The notes under the pieces: generated by a model
Told to the model about the DNA's origin: nothing
Database searches by the model: none
Seen by the model: only the letters and a program-made list of their open reading frames with translations
Position numbers and translations under genes: made by a program
Source: Bacteroidota bacterium
Lineage (GTDB): Bacteria; Bacteroidota; Ignavibacteria; UBA10030; UBA8401
Assembly (NCBI GenBank): GCA_035505655.1
Contig: DATJQP010000085.1
Coordinates: 6,395 to 70,394 of the forward strand
Direction of reading: 5' to 3'
DNA length: 64,000 bases
Shown: piece after piece, positions 19,743-29,623 of the stretch
Position numbering within the stretch: position 1 is the first letter of the stretch
Layout of the letters: each line of letters starts with the position of its first letter

Positions 19743-21223
19743 AACCATTGACGGCTATTCTTGCTCTTCTCACGACCGCGGCGCTGCTCGGGGACGAAGC
19801 GCGGGGGCAGGGCTTTGGCAGACCGTTGACGACCCAGGGGATTGACCAGGCCTCATCTCAGTCGGTTCGGTCGGCGGGTGAAGGAAATATTTTTGTCGGG
19901 CTGGACGGGGATCCCAGTCTCATGTTCGAGAATCCGGCATCCCTGCAATCGATCAAAGAGATCGAGGTGACGCTCAACGGACAATCGCTGAGAAGCTCGT
20001 TCAATCAGACTCAGCAGTATGCGCCGCTGAAGTACTACTCAAATTTCAGCCTCCTCATGGAGGGGCTTACCGGATACATCGGCAATCCGGATACGAACAT
20101 TGCCGGCGTGAAGCTCACGAACGCCGGCGACACTGTTCAGCGACCCTACGACAATTACACGCCGGGTTGGACCCACTCTTCGACGAAAGGGAAGCCTGTC
20201 CAGGGCTATCTTGCCGTGCCGTTCAGGGTGAACGACATGGCGTGTGCGATCGGCATCGGTTCGGTCGAGTACGCAAACCTCGACTGGTATTTTGAAAACA
20301 ACAACGTGCTCTCTCCGTCGATCCTTTCGGTGAAGCAATCGACGATCACGATCCCGGCGAACAACACCGATTCGCTCGCGATCCCGGTCCAATGGTATCT
20401 CTCCTCTCAGTCACGGCTCGGGACGCTCTACGGATATGGGGCGGCCTTCTCGGCGGGAGTTTCGGACAACATCGCCCTCGGCGTCAGCGCGCTCATCCTG
20501 AGCGGGAGAAGCGACGACTTTGAATCGCGGATCGACCGCGGGAAGCTTCTTTTCTATAATTCCTTTTTCAGGCTCGACTCGGTCTACAACAGGATCTCGG
20601 CCTATGGCACGTCGAATTACAGCGGAGCAGAGCTGAACCTCAGCGGCTCATACAGAGGGCGTTACGTTGCGCTCGGCTTCTCGGTAAAACCTCCGACGAC
20701 TATCACGCGAAAATTCACTACGAACTCCGCGATTGACACCACCGGCCTCTTCTCGACGAGCTCGGTCAGCGGAGAGGACAAGACGATGCTTCCATGGCGG
20801 GGAACGGTCGGGCTCTCGCTCTCCCTGCGACCGAACCTCCGGCTGGGGCTTTCCTACGAGATGCGCCCCTACGTGTCGACAAAATTTACCGCTTCCGACG
20901 GCTCCGTCTCCTACCCGTGGCTCTCGGCAAATTTGTTTCACATCGGCGCTGAGTTCATTCCGGCTCCGTGGCTGGCACTTCGGGCGGGGGCTAGGCAGGA
21001 GGCGGAGGTATTCGAACCAGTCGACAACCCCCTTGAAGGAACGCCGGTTGGATTTACGGTCTATTCGCTCGGAGTCGGGTTTGTCGTAGAGGAGATGACG
21101 GTGGATGTCGCCTACGAGTATTCCTCCTACAAGTACAGCGACACGTGGGCCGATGCGGTAAGTATCAACGGCGCCATCCGCCACTCGGTTATGGCCGATG
21201 TTTCGTACCGGATCCCGTGGTAA
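19739..21223 (+). CDS. Second PorV/FadL-like outer-membrane beta-barrel paralog.
   Basis: Overlaps the previous stop (ATGA). Signal MKPLTAILALLTTAALLGDEARGQ. Degenerate PorV-like N-motif 'SSQSVRSAGEGNIFVGLDGDPSLMFENPASLQ'. The C-terminal outer-membrane barrel signature ends '...VSYRIPW'. Confidence 0.45.
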   Translation: MKPLTAILALLTTAALLGDEARGQGFGRPLTTQGIDQASSQSVRSAGEGNIFVGLDGDPSLMFENPASLQSIKEIEVTLNGQSLRSSFNQTQQYAPLKYYSNFSLLMEGLTGYIGNPDTNIAGVKLTNAGDTVQRPYDNYTPGWTHSSTKGKPVQGYLAVPFRVNDMACAIGIGSVEYANLDWYFENNNVLSPSILSVKQSTITIPANNTDSLAIPVQWYLSSQSRLGTLYGYGAAFSAGVSDNIALGVSALILSGRSDDFESRIDRGKLLFYNSFFRLDSVYNRISAYGTSNYSGAELNLSGSYRGRYVALGFSVKPPTTITRKFTTNSAIDTTGLFSTSSVSGEDKTMLPWRGTVGLSLSLRPNLRLGLSYEMRPYVSTKFTASDGSVSYPWLSANLFHIGAEFIPAPWLALRAGARQEAEVFEPVDNPLEGTPVGFTVYSLGVGFVVEEMTVDVAYEYSSYKYSDTWADAVSINGAIRHSVMADVSYRIPW

Positions 21224-21298
21224 GCCCGCCTGCTTTGCGAGCGCGATGAATATATCAACACCAATTGTTTTATCCAATTCTACGGAAGGAGATTGACC

Positions 21299-22831
21299 AT
21301 GAGACGGATGTACATACTTGTCGGGATCATCCTGATCGCGGGATGGCTTGGCGTTCAGGCTCAGACGAGCAACGGGACGGGAGGTGGGAAGTGGAGTGCT
21401 TCTGCCACCTGGCAGGGAGGGAACGTGCCGACCGGGTCCGGGACCATCGTCATTCAGGCCGCCGACTCGGTCTACATCGATGTTCCCGTCACGATCACTG
21501 GGACCCTTCGATCGTTCAGCGGAAAGATTGGCGTCTATGATTCGACGAAGATCGTCTTCGGGAACGGAGGAATCTACGAGCACGACATCAACGGCGGAAT
21601 GCTGCCGAAAGCGGTGTGGAATGCCGGCTCGACATGTCTCATCGACAGTCTCGTAGGGAATGCACCGGCGAACGGGAACCAAAACTTCTACAACCTTACG
21701 TGGAATTGCCCCCGTCAAAGCGCCGGTCTCAACCTTGCCATGAATGGCAACACGATCGGCGGCACTGTGCGGGTGATACAATCAAACCTCCAGGCGTTCC
21801 GATTGACTGCGAGCGGGGTGTCGACGACGCGAAAGACGGTCTCAATCAACGGGGACGTCATCATCGATGACTCGACGGGTTTTTTCACCGCGACGGGGTC
21901 AAGCGGTGTCGACACGATCACCGTCAACCTCAAGGGGAGCCTCACCTCGTACGGAAAATTCCAGCTTGCGAACGGGAGCGGGGCATCGTGCACCTGGCGA
22001 GTGGGAGGAGACGTCAAGGCGCTGGGTGGAACCTTTACAACCCACTCCGACTCGACGAAACCCGATTCTCTTATCTTTGTGGGAACCACCAAGCAGTCGC
22101 TCGTGAAGGCGGGAACGGTCGGCTCAATGTCGAACATCTACTTCGCGGTTCAAAGCGGCTCGACGCTCGATCTTGACACCAATGAGCTCGGTGCCACCGC
22201 GACGATCAAGTTCAGTCTCCAGCCGGGAGCGACGCTCTTCACAGGCCATCCGAACGGCTTCGAAGGGAACCTCAACAATACCGGCACCATCCTCCTGAGT
22301 CCCGCCGCCAATTATGGTTTCGACGGAAAAGTCGCGCAAACAACCGGCTTCCTCATGCCGGGCACGGTGAACAACCTCACCATCAACAACGCGAGCGGCG
22401 TAACGCTGGCGCAGTCGACAACGATCAACGGAGTGCTGACGCTCACGGCGGGGTTGTTCGACAACACGATCCCATTCACGCTGGGGCCCGGTGGTTCCAT
22501 TGTCAATGGTGGAGGGACGCTCAAGATTCCCGTGACCCTCGTCCCGAAAGAATCGTCCGGTGTTCCGCGCAAGTTTTTTGTCGAGCAGAACTATCCCAAT
22601 CCGTTCAACCCGACGACGCTGATCTCCTATGGAATTCCGAAGGATGAATATGTTTCAGTGAAGGTCTTCAACATCCTCGGTCAGGAGGTGAGGACGATCG
22701 TGGCGGAGAAACAGAGCGCCGGCGTCTATTCGTTCTCGTTCGACGGCTCCGGGCTCAGCTCGGGCGTCTATCTTTACAGGATTCAGGCCGGCAGTTCGGT
22801 TGATATCAAACGAATGATGCTCCTCAAGTAG
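21299..22831 (+). CDS. Secreted beta-helix/adhesin-like repeat protein with a T9SS CTD. Member of the 'GxW...TW / NGNQNFYN(L/V)TW(N/D)C' paralog family.
   Basis: RBS GGAAGGAG 7 nt upstream of the ATG at 21299. N-module 'GKWSASATWQGGNVPTGSGTIVI...NGNQNFYNLTWNCP'. C-terminal CTD 'EQNYPNPFNPTTLISYGIP...VKVFNILGQEV...GVYLYRIQAGSSVDIKRMMLLK'. Confidence 0.7.
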   Translation: MRRMYILVGIILIAGWLGVQAQTSNGTGGGKWSASATWQGGNVPTGSGTIVIQAADSVYIDVPVTITGTLRSFSGKIGVYDSTKIVFGNGGIYEHDINGGMLPKAVWNAGSTCLIDSLVGNAPANGNQNFYNLTWNCPRQSAGLNLAMNGNTIGGTVRVIQSNLQAFRLTASGVSTTRKTVSINGDVIIDDSTGFFTATGSSGVDTITVNLKGSLTSYGKFQLANGSGASCTWRVGGDVKALGGTFTTHSDSTKPDSLIFVGTTKQSLVKAGTVGSMSNIYFAVQSGSTLDLDTNELGATATIKFSLQPGATLFTGHPNGFEGNLNNTGTILLSPAANYGFDGKVAQTTGFLMPGTVNNLTINNASGVTLAQSTTINGVLTLTAGLFDNTIPFTLGPGGSIVNGGGTLKIPVTLVPKESSGVPRKFFVEQNYPNPFNPTTLISYGIPKDEYVSVKVFNILGQEVRTIVAEKQSAGVYSFSFDGSGLSSGVYLYRIQAGSSVDIKRMMLLK

Positions 22832-22893
22832 TTTGCCGCACGAAGAACAGGCCGGGGACGCAGACCGACTGCGGCCCTGAAGGGAAGGATTTC

Positions 22894-24612
22894 ATGCGTA
22901 GAAGATCGATTTCGATGACACTCTGGTTCTTGCTCTCTGCCGCACTCCCGGCCTCGGTACCTGGTCAGCAGCTTGCTTTTCCGGGAGCCGAAGGAGGGGG
23001 GATGTACACGTGGGGTGGACGCGGCGGTAAGGTGATCGAGGTGACGAACCTCAACGACGACGGTCTGCAAGGAAGTCTCCGGTACGCGATCAATCAGACG
23101 GGGGCCAGAACCGTCATCTTCCGGGTTTCGGGGACGATCAATCTCGTCCAGCCGCTGAAGATCACCAAAGACTCGATTACCATCGCCGGCCAGACTGCGC
23201 CGGGGGACGGCATCTGTCTCCGGAATTTTACCTTCAACGTGAGCGCGAACCAGGTCATCATCAGGTTCATCCGGTCGAGGTTTGGCGACCAGGGAGCCGG
23301 CAAGCCGGTGGACGACGCAATGAACGGATACAGCAGTACGCCCCACGCAAAAAAGAACATCATCGTGGACCATTGCTCGGCGAGCTGGAGCCTCGACGAA
23401 TCGCTCTCATTCTACGGGTATGACAGTCTCACGATCCAATGGTGCCTCGTAAGCGAGAGCCTCTACAACAGCTACGACCCGAAAGGGACGCATGGCTATG
23501 GCGGCATCTGGGGAGGATTCAATTCCACATTTCACCATAACCTTCTCGCGCACCACTCGAGCAGAAATCCCCGATTCTCCGGCCCGACTCCGGCCGGATC
23601 CGGGACGACCTACTCGCAGAACCTCGACTTCCGGAACAACGTGATCTACAACTGGGGATTCAACAGCTCCTACGGCGGAGAAGAGAGCGAGATCAACATC
23701 GTCAACAACTACTACAAGTACGGGCCCGCGACAAAGTCGAGCGTGAAGAACAGGATCTTCAACCCGTACGGAGCCGGCGACTCGACCGGAACGTTCTATA
23801 TCTCCGGCAATTATATGGACGGCGATACGTCGGTGACGAACAACAACTGGAAAGGGGTTGTCCCCGAGTATTCAGGGTTCAGGATGAGCAGCGCGATTGC
23901 GTTGACTCCATTCCCGTTCCCGGATGTCACCACGGACACTCCGCAGGATGCGTATACGAAGGTGCTCGCCGGTGCGGGGGCCACGCTGCCGAGGCGCGAC
24001 ACCGTAGATAGCCGCATCCTCTACGAGGTGGCGCACCGCACGGCCACGTATAAAGGACACACCGACCTCTTCGAAAGGACATACGGACTCGATACGACGG
24101 TCCCCCACGGCATCATCGATTCTCAGAACGATGTCGGAGGATGGCCTGCGCTTGCGTCGGTGCCGGCTCCGGCGGATTCAGACCACGACGGGATGCCGGA
24201 TGCGTGGGAGATCGCCCACGGGCTGAATCCTTACGACCCGTCCGACCGGAACGTCGTCGATGCGAGCGGGTACACCAAACTCGAAGAGTATCTGAACGAG
24301 TTGGCCGGCACGCCGACTTCCGTCCCCCAAAGCCGGGCTTTGGCTCCGAGTTCCCTCGAGCTTTCGCAGAACTATCCCAATCCTTTCAATCCTTCGACGA
24401 CGATACGATTCCGACTCCCTGCGAGGCTCCATGCGATCCTCACGATTTCCGATATGGCCGGAAGAAGAGTCGCGGTACTGGACGAGGGAACGCGTGAAGC
24501 GGGAGAGTATTCCGTGGTCATCGACGCTTCGCATTGGGCGAGCGGCGTTTATCTTTGCGCCCTTCGTGCCGGATACCAGGTGCGGACGATCAAGCTTCTG
24601 CTCGTCAGATAA
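22894..24612 (+). CDS. Pectate lyase (PL1 family) with a TSP3-like Ca-binding motif and a T9SS CTD.
   Basis: 'AFPGAEGGGMYTWGGRGGKVIEVTNLNDDGLQGSLRYAI', 'NIIVDHCSASWSLDESLSF', 'WCLVSESLYN', 'HHNLLAHHSSRNPRFSG'. The motif 'DSDHDGMPDAWEIAHGLNPYDPSDRN' is present. C-terminal CTD 'SQNYPNPFNPSTTIRFRLP...GVYLCALRAGYQVRTIKLLLVR'. Confidence 0.85.
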   Translation: MRRRSISMTLWFLLSAALPASVPGQQLAFPGAEGGGMYTWGGRGGKVIEVTNLNDDGLQGSLRYAINQTGARTVIFRVSGTINLVQPLKITKDSITIAGQTAPGDGICLRNFTFNVSANQVIIRFIRSRFGDQGAGKPVDDAMNGYSSTPHAKKNIIVDHCSASWSLDESLSFYGYDSLTIQWCLVSESLYNSYDPKGTHGYGGIWGGFNSTFHHNLLAHHSSRNPRFSGPTPAGSGTTYSQNLDFRNNVIYNWGFNSSYGGEESEINIVNNYYKYGPATKSSVKNRIFNPYGAGDSTGTFYISGNYMDGDTSVTNNNWKGVVPEYSGFRMSSAIALTPFPFPDVTTDTPQDAYTKVLAGAGATLPRRDTVDSRILYEVAHRTATYKGHTDLFERTYGLDTTVPHGIIDSQNDVGGWPALASVPAPADSDHDGMPDAWEIAHGLNPYDPSDRNVVDASGYTKLEEYLNELAGTPTSVPQSRALAPSSLELSQNYPNPFNPSTTIRFRLPARLHAILTISDMAGRRVAVLDEGTREAGEYSVVIDASHWASGVYLCALRAGYQVRTIKLLLVR

Positions 24613-24618
24613 ATCTGC

Positions 24619-25833
24619 TTGACAACTTTGAAGAACAGATTTCTCCTCATATTCTTGCTCCTGCCGCTCTTCGTCGCGGCCGCCGGTGCGGGAGCGCCCG
24701 GGGAAGTGAGTCAGTGGTCGGCAAGGATGGCGGGAACATTCCTGAAACGTCATCCCGGCGGAGTGACCTTTGACTCACTCTCCCCAAGTCAGAAATGGAA
24801 CTACGAGCAGGGATTAATGCTGGAGGCACTCCATCAGATGTGGGTTTGTAGCGGAGATCCGAAATATCTCGACTTCATCAAGGCCAACATCGACCGGTAT
24901 GTCGGGGAAGACGGTCGCATCCGGACCTACGCTTACGATGAATTCACCCTCGACAATATCGCGCCGGGTCGCGCGCTCCTTTTCCTTTACGATCAGACTC
25001 ACGATCGGCGCTATATGATCGCCGCCGACACATTGAGGAGCCAATTAAGACATCAGCCCCGGACCGCCGAAAGGGGATTCTGGCACAAGAAGATCTATCC
25101 GAACCAGATGTGGCTGGACGGACTCTACATGGCGGAGCCGTTCTATGCGCAATACGCCCGCGAAACGGGTGAGCAGGCGGATTTCGCAGATATCATCGAT
25201 CAGTTTGTTCTCATCGCAAGGCACACGACCGATTCGGTCACCGGCCTCCTATATCATGGATGGGACGCGACCCGGACACAGCAGTGGGCCGACCCGGAGA
25301 CCGGATGCTCACCATGTTTCTGGGGAAGAGCGATGGGATGGTACTCCATGGGACTTGTGGACGTGCTTGGTATAATCCCGGACGGCTATCCTCGGAGAGA
25401 CACGCTGGTGACAATCCTCCGGAATCTCACCGCGGCCCTCCTGAAGCGCCGCGATCCTGCCACGGGACTCTGGTATCAGATTGTCGATCAGAGGGGGAAG
25501 GATGGAAATTACCTTGAGGCGTCTGCTTCGTGCATGTTCACGTACACATTGGCCAAGGGCGCCTCGCGGGGTTATCTTCCCCGCGAAGACTTGGCAGCGG
25601 CTGAATCGACCTTTGCATCGATCACGCGGCAGTTCGTCGTCGCAGACGACAAGGGGGACGTCAACTTGTTGCACACGTGTCAAAGTGCGGGGCTGGGAGG
25701 GCATCCTTATCGGGATGGAAGCTTTGACTATTACATCAGGGAACCGCAGCGAACGAACGACCTGAAAGGACTCGGATCCTTTTTGCTCGCTGCCATCGAA
25801 ATCGAACAAGGAAGGGCGGGGACGATCCGCTAG
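24619..25833 (+). CDS. Glycoside hydrolase family 105 (unsaturated rhamnogalacturonyl/galacturonyl hydrolase, YteR/YesR-like).
   Basis: TTG start. Signal/TM region 'FLLIFLLLPLFVAAAGAGA'. GH105 motifs 'WNYEQGLMLEAL', 'MWLDGLYMAEPFYAQYA', 'HGWDATRTQQWADPETGCSPCFWGRAMGWYSMGLVDVL', 'GLWYQIVDQ'. Confidence 0.85.
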   Translation: MTTLKNRFLLIFLLLPLFVAAAGAGAPGEVSQWSARMAGTFLKRHPGGVTFDSLSPSQKWNYEQGLMLEALHQMWVCSGDPKYLDFIKANIDRYVGEDGRIRTYAYDEFTLDNIAPGRALLFLYDQTHDRRYMIAADTLRSQLRHQPRTAERGFWHKKIYPNQMWLDGLYMAEPFYAQYARETGEQADFADIIDQFVLIARHTTDSVTGLLYHGWDATRTQQWADPETGCSPCFWGRAMGWYSMGLVDVLGIIPDGYPRRDTLVTILRNLTAALLKRRDPATGLWYQIVDQRGKDGNYLEASASCMFTYTLAKGASRGYLPREDLAAAESTFASITRQFVVADDKGDVNLLHTCQSAGLGGHPYRDGSFDYYIREPQRTNDLKGLGSFLLAAIEIEQGRAGTIR

Positions 25834-25854
25834 TATCCCGCGGAAGTCGGAGCG

Positions 25855-26952
25855 ATGGGAGAAAATTTCGAACGGAGGTCTGCAGTGAAACATACCAGTC
25901 ATGTAACGCTCGAGGACATAGCGAAGAAGCTCCGTGTCTCCAGGGTAACGGTATCAAAGGCGCTGCGCGGGCACAGCGATATCTCGGATGAGACGGCACG
26001 CAAGGTCAGGAGAGTGGCGAAAGAGCTCGGGTACAGCCCGAACTATATGGCGCGAAACCTCTCCTCTCGCCGGTCGAACATGCTCGGGTTCGTGGTGCCG
26101 AAGATTGCCCACTTCTTCTTCGGCTCGATGATCGAGGCGGTCTACAACACCGCGTTCGAAAACAACTACGAGACGATCCTCACGGTTTCACAGGAGAATG
26201 AAGAGCGCGAGCGGAAGCATATCGAAACCCTCATCTCGATGCGCGTTGATGGGATCATCATCTCGATCTCGCAGGAGACTCGAAACCTGGAGATCTTCCA
26301 GTGGGTGAAAAAGATGGGGGTTCCTCTCCTCTTCGTCGACCGGACGCCGGAACCTCTCCTCCCAGGCTTCAGCACCGTCCTCATCGACGACCGCCAGGGG
26401 ACCCGGAACGCCGTCGAGCACGCGATCGTCAACGCCGGGCATACCAAGCTCGGCTTCATCGGCGGCGGGAATCCCTGGATCAACATCGGAAAGAACAGGC
26501 TCCTTGGGTTTCAGGAGGCTCTGAAGGCTCACGGCGTCACCATCAATCCCGAATGGATCGTTCCCGGAGGATTTGGTACGAAAGACGGGTACGAAGGATT
26601 CATGCAACTCCAGAAGAAAGGGCCGCTCCCGGAATTCATCTTTGCCGCAACCTACCCGGTCGCACTCGGCGTCTACGAAGCCGTCAAGAAACTCGGATTG
26701 CGAATCCCGGACAACATCGACCTGATGTGTTTCGGGGACAGCGACATGGCACACCTCCTATCTCCATCACTGAGCTGCGTGAATCAGCCGACGCGCGAAT
26801 TGGGCATGACGGCGGTGCACACGATCCTTGATGTGATCAAGAGTCATGAAAAACAGCGGGAGCGTCATATCATCATCCCTGCAGGGCTCACGTTGAGGGA
26901 AACCTGCCGGGCGCGTCCATCGGTGAAGAAGACAACGTTGGAGGCAGTGTAG
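25855..26952 (+). CDS. LacI/GalR-family transcriptional regulator.
   Basis: Helix-turn-helix 'VTLEDIAKKLRVSRVTVSKALRGHSDISDETARKVRRVAKELGYSPNYMARNL', followed by a periplasmic-binding-protein-like sugar-binding domain. A possible alternative GTG start lies a few codons downstream. Confidence 0.85.
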   Translation: MGENFERRSAVKHTSHVTLEDIAKKLRVSRVTVSKALRGHSDISDETARKVRRVAKELGYSPNYMARNLSSRRSNMLGFVVPKIAHFFFGSMIEAVYNTAFENNYETILTVSQENEERERKHIETLISMRVDGIIISISQETRNLEIFQWVKKMGVPLLFVDRTPEPLLPGFSTVLIDDRQGTRNAVEHAIVNAGHTKLGFIGGGNPWINIGKNRLLGFQEALKAHGVTINPEWIVPGGFGTKDGYEGFMQLQKKGPLPEFIFAATYPVALGVYEAVKKLGLRIPDNIDLMCFGDSDMAHLLSPSLSCVNQPTRELGMTAVHTILDVIKSHEKQRERHIIIPAGLTLRETCRARPSVKKTTLEAV

Positions 26953-26954
26953 GA

Positions 26955-27875
26955 ATGCGAACGCGATCGCTGAAGAGCGGATTGATGAAGGTTGGAATGA
27001 CGTACCTTCGCCGGAGAGGCACCATCGGCCTGGTCGCTTTTCTTGCGTTCTTCGGCGCTGTGCTCCCCGATCGGGGAGTCGCACATGCGCCGATCGGGAA
27101 GGGAGCGGCAGGTGACGCCGACACCGGGGTGATCCAAACGAAGGTTGTCTTGCTCGACTACTATTTCAATAACGAGTGGAAAGCGGGCCCAGGCGGCCGT
27201 CCTGTGCGCTACCATTATGTCTGGGAAGACACTGCGAACTCGGGATACTCGGAGTTCGGAATTTCAATCAGGTCACTCGGGGCGGTGACCGATAGCTCGC
27301 CGGTCGCACCCACTGAGGAGAACCTTGCCGGGGCAAGCATCTATATTATTGTCGATCCCGACACACCCCTGGAATCGCCGCATCCGAACTACATCGACAG
27401 CGCATCGACGGAAGCGATCGTCAACTGGGTGGGGAGGGGAGGGATTCTCCTCCTCTTTGGGAACGACAAGGGGAACGCGGAGTTCAAACACCTCAACATG
27501 CTTGCCGAAAGATTCGGAATCCACTTCAATGAGGATAGCAGAAACCGTGTCGAAGGCAATCGCTTCGAGATGGGAGCATTCAGCAACCTTCCCTTCCACC
27601 CTCTTTTCGAGGGGGTGAAGAAGATCTACTTGAAGGAGATTTCGACGCTTAGACTTTCGTACCCGGCCTCCCCGGTACTGACCGACAGGGGAGATGTCAT
27701 CATGGCGTATTCGAAATACGGAAACGGAAGTGTCTTTGCGGTCGGGGATCCCTGGTTCTACAATGAGTACTTCGATAACAGAAAACTTCCCGAGGAGTTT
27801 GAGAATTTCAAAGCGGCGAAGAACCTCTTGCGATGGCTCTTGCCCCGGGCAACGAGTGTGGAGCGACACCAATGA
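26955..27875 (+). CDS. Hypothetical secreted protein. Possibly a ThuA/class-I glutamine-amidotransferase-like fold; the assignment is unconfirmed.
   Basis: Signal 'LVAFLAFFGAVLP'. The segment 'GASIYIIVDPDTPLESPHPNYIDSASTEAIVNWVGRGGILLLFGNDKGNAEF' resembles DUF4350/ThuA-like proteins seen in polysaccharide loci. The domain call is weak. Confidence 0.5.
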   Translation: MRTRSLKSGLMKVGMTYLRRRGTIGLVAFLAFFGAVLPDRGVAHAPIGKGAAGDADTGVIQTKVVLLDYYFNNEWKAGPGGRPVRYHYVWEDTANSGYSEFGISIRSLGAVTDSSPVAPTEENLAGASIYIIVDPDTPLESPHPNYIDSASTEAIVNWVGRGGILLLFGNDKGNAEFKHLNMLAERFGIHFNEDSRNRVEGNRFEMGAFSNLPFHPLFEGVKKIYLKEISTLRLSYPASPVLTDRGDVIMAYSKYGNGSVFAVGDPWFYNEYFDNRKLPEEFENFKAAKNLLRWLLPRATSVERHQ

Positions 27876-29623
27876 AAATGACGTTCATGGCCGTAGATCT
27901 GGGATTTAACTGCAGACCTGCGCACGCAGCCTGGTGTTGGCGAACGAGAAAAGGTCGGATGTGGACGGTCGTCTTTGCGCTCCTCGTTCTGATTGCAGCT
28001 AAATCACGCGGGGGGACCGACCCTTCGCTCCTGGCCTACACAAGTCATCTCCCCTTTGCCATGGGGGAGGTGGAGATTCCCAACATCCCTTCAAAGCAAA
28101 TCTCGATCGCTGAGTTCGGCGCAATAGGCGACGGAACTACGGACAATTCAAGCGCATTTTCAGCCGCAATCCGTCGGTGCGCTGAAAACGGCGGAGGCGT
28201 CGTCGAGGTCCCTCCGGGTCTCTGGATGACTGGTCCGATCAGGCTCGAGAGTAGGACGGAGCTCCGACTGGACAGCGGGGCGGTCGTTATTTTCAGCAGG
28301 CGCTTCGAAGATTATCCGATGTTCGCCCGTCCCAAAAGCGGTGTGAAGTGCATGCCGATGATTTATGGGAGCAGTCTCACCGATGTAGCGATCACCGGCA
28401 AGGGGATGTTTGATGGAAACGGTCAGTACTGGCGGCCGGTGAAAAAGGAAAAGACGACTGAGAAGCAATGGAAGCAGCTCCTCGCGTCGGGGGGCGCGGT
28501 TTCGCCGGACGGAAAGATCTGGTGGCCCTCGAAGGAAGCGATGAATGGACAGGAGTTCATCAAGGAGTTGAGGAAGACCGCGAAGAAGCCTTCGCCCGCG
28601 CTCTATGCGGGGGCGAGGGAATTCCTGAGACCCGTCATGCTTGCTCTCGACGATTGCCGGCGCGTTCTTCTTGACGGCCCGACCTTTGCCAATGCCCCGG
28701 GCTGGACCTTGGCGCCGACTCGCTGTGAAGAGGTCGTGATCAGGAATGTTACGGTGAACAATCCGTGGTGGGGGCAGAACACCGACGGTCTCGACATCAA
28801 TTCGTGCAGAGACCTCGTTCTCTATAATAGCGTGCTGAGTGACGGCGACGACGGTATCTGCATCAAGCCTGGGAAACCGGGCGATGGTCATCCCGGAGAG
28901 CCGGCCTGCGAGAATATTGTTGTCGCCAATTGCACCGTCTACAGCGCCCACGGAGGGTTTGTCATCGGTTCGGAGTCGTACGGAGGGGCAAGAAATATCT
29001 CGGTCCGGAACTGCACCTTTGTCGGGACCGATATCGGCCTTCGGTTCAAGTCGGCAAAAGATCGGGGTGGCGTCATCGAAAAGGTCTATGTTGACGGAAT
29101 CCGGATGAAGGACATCGCGAACGAAGCGATCCTTTTCGACATGTCTTATGATAACAGTCTTGAGACAGAGGCCGGGTCCGACCTTCTGCCACAATACAGG
29201 GATTTTCACATTGAAAACGTCGCCTGCGACGGAGCCTCGGATGCGCTTGTCATTCGCGGGCTTCCGGAAATGCCGGTGAAGGATATCCACCTCAAGAATC
29301 TCTCGATCACTGCGGCCCGGGCGTGCACAATAGAGGATGCGGAGCAGATCGAGGTTGTGGGAATGAGAGTGACGATGCAGTCGGGACCCGTCTGGTCGAT
29401 AACGAACTCAAACTCGATCACTCTGCGAGGAATTGTAGTTCCGTCCGACGCTGAGGTATACGCGAAGGTTTCCGGATCAAAAAGCGGGCAGATCGTTGTG
29501 GATCGCCGGGACTACCCGGCGGCAGGGCGGGGTATCGAGCTTCTCGACGGAGCCGCAGCCAGCTCGGTGGTCGTTGATTCAACAACGGCGACTGAGCCGG
29601 GGAGATCCGGAGGCGTCCGGTGA
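27872..29623 (+). CDS. Glycoside hydrolase family 28 (polygalacturonase / rhamnogalacturonan hydrolase-like).
   Basis: 'IAEFGAIGDGTTDNSSAFSAAI', 'GKGMFDGNGQYWRP', 'NTDGLDINSCRDLVLYNSVLSDGDDGICIKPG', 'AHGGFVIGSESYGGARNISV', 'RFKSAKDRGGVIE'. The start is either the ATG at 27872 (ATGA overlap) or 27959 (MWTVVFALLVLIAA). Confidence 0.85.
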   Translation: MKMTFMAVDLGFNCRPAHAAWCWRTRKGRMWTVVFALLVLIAAKSRGGTDPSLLAYTSHLPFAMGEVEIPNIPSKQISIAEFGAIGDGTTDNSSAFSAAIRRCAENGGGVVEVPPGLWMTGPIRLESRTELRLDSGAVVIFSRRFEDYPMFARPKSGVKCMPMIYGSSLTDVAITGKGMFDGNGQYWRPVKKEKTTEKQWKQLLASGGAVSPDGKIWWPSKEAMNGQEFIKELRKTAKKPSPALYAGAREFLRPVMLALDDCRRVLLDGPTFANAPGWTLAPTRCEEVVIRNVTVNNPWWGQNTDGLDINSCRDLVLYNSVLSDGDDGICIKPGKPGDGHPGEPACENIVVANCTVYSAHGGFVIGSESYGGARNISVRNCTFVGTDIGLRFKSAKDRGGVIEKVYVDGIRMKDIANEAILFDMSYDNSLETEAGSDLLPQYRDFHIENVACDGASDALVIRGLPEMPVKDIHLKNLSITAARACTIEDAEQIEVVGMRVTMQSGPVWSITNSNSITLRGIVVPSDAEVYAKVSGSKSGQIVVDRRDYPAAGRGIELLDGAAASSVVVDSTTATEPGRSGGVR

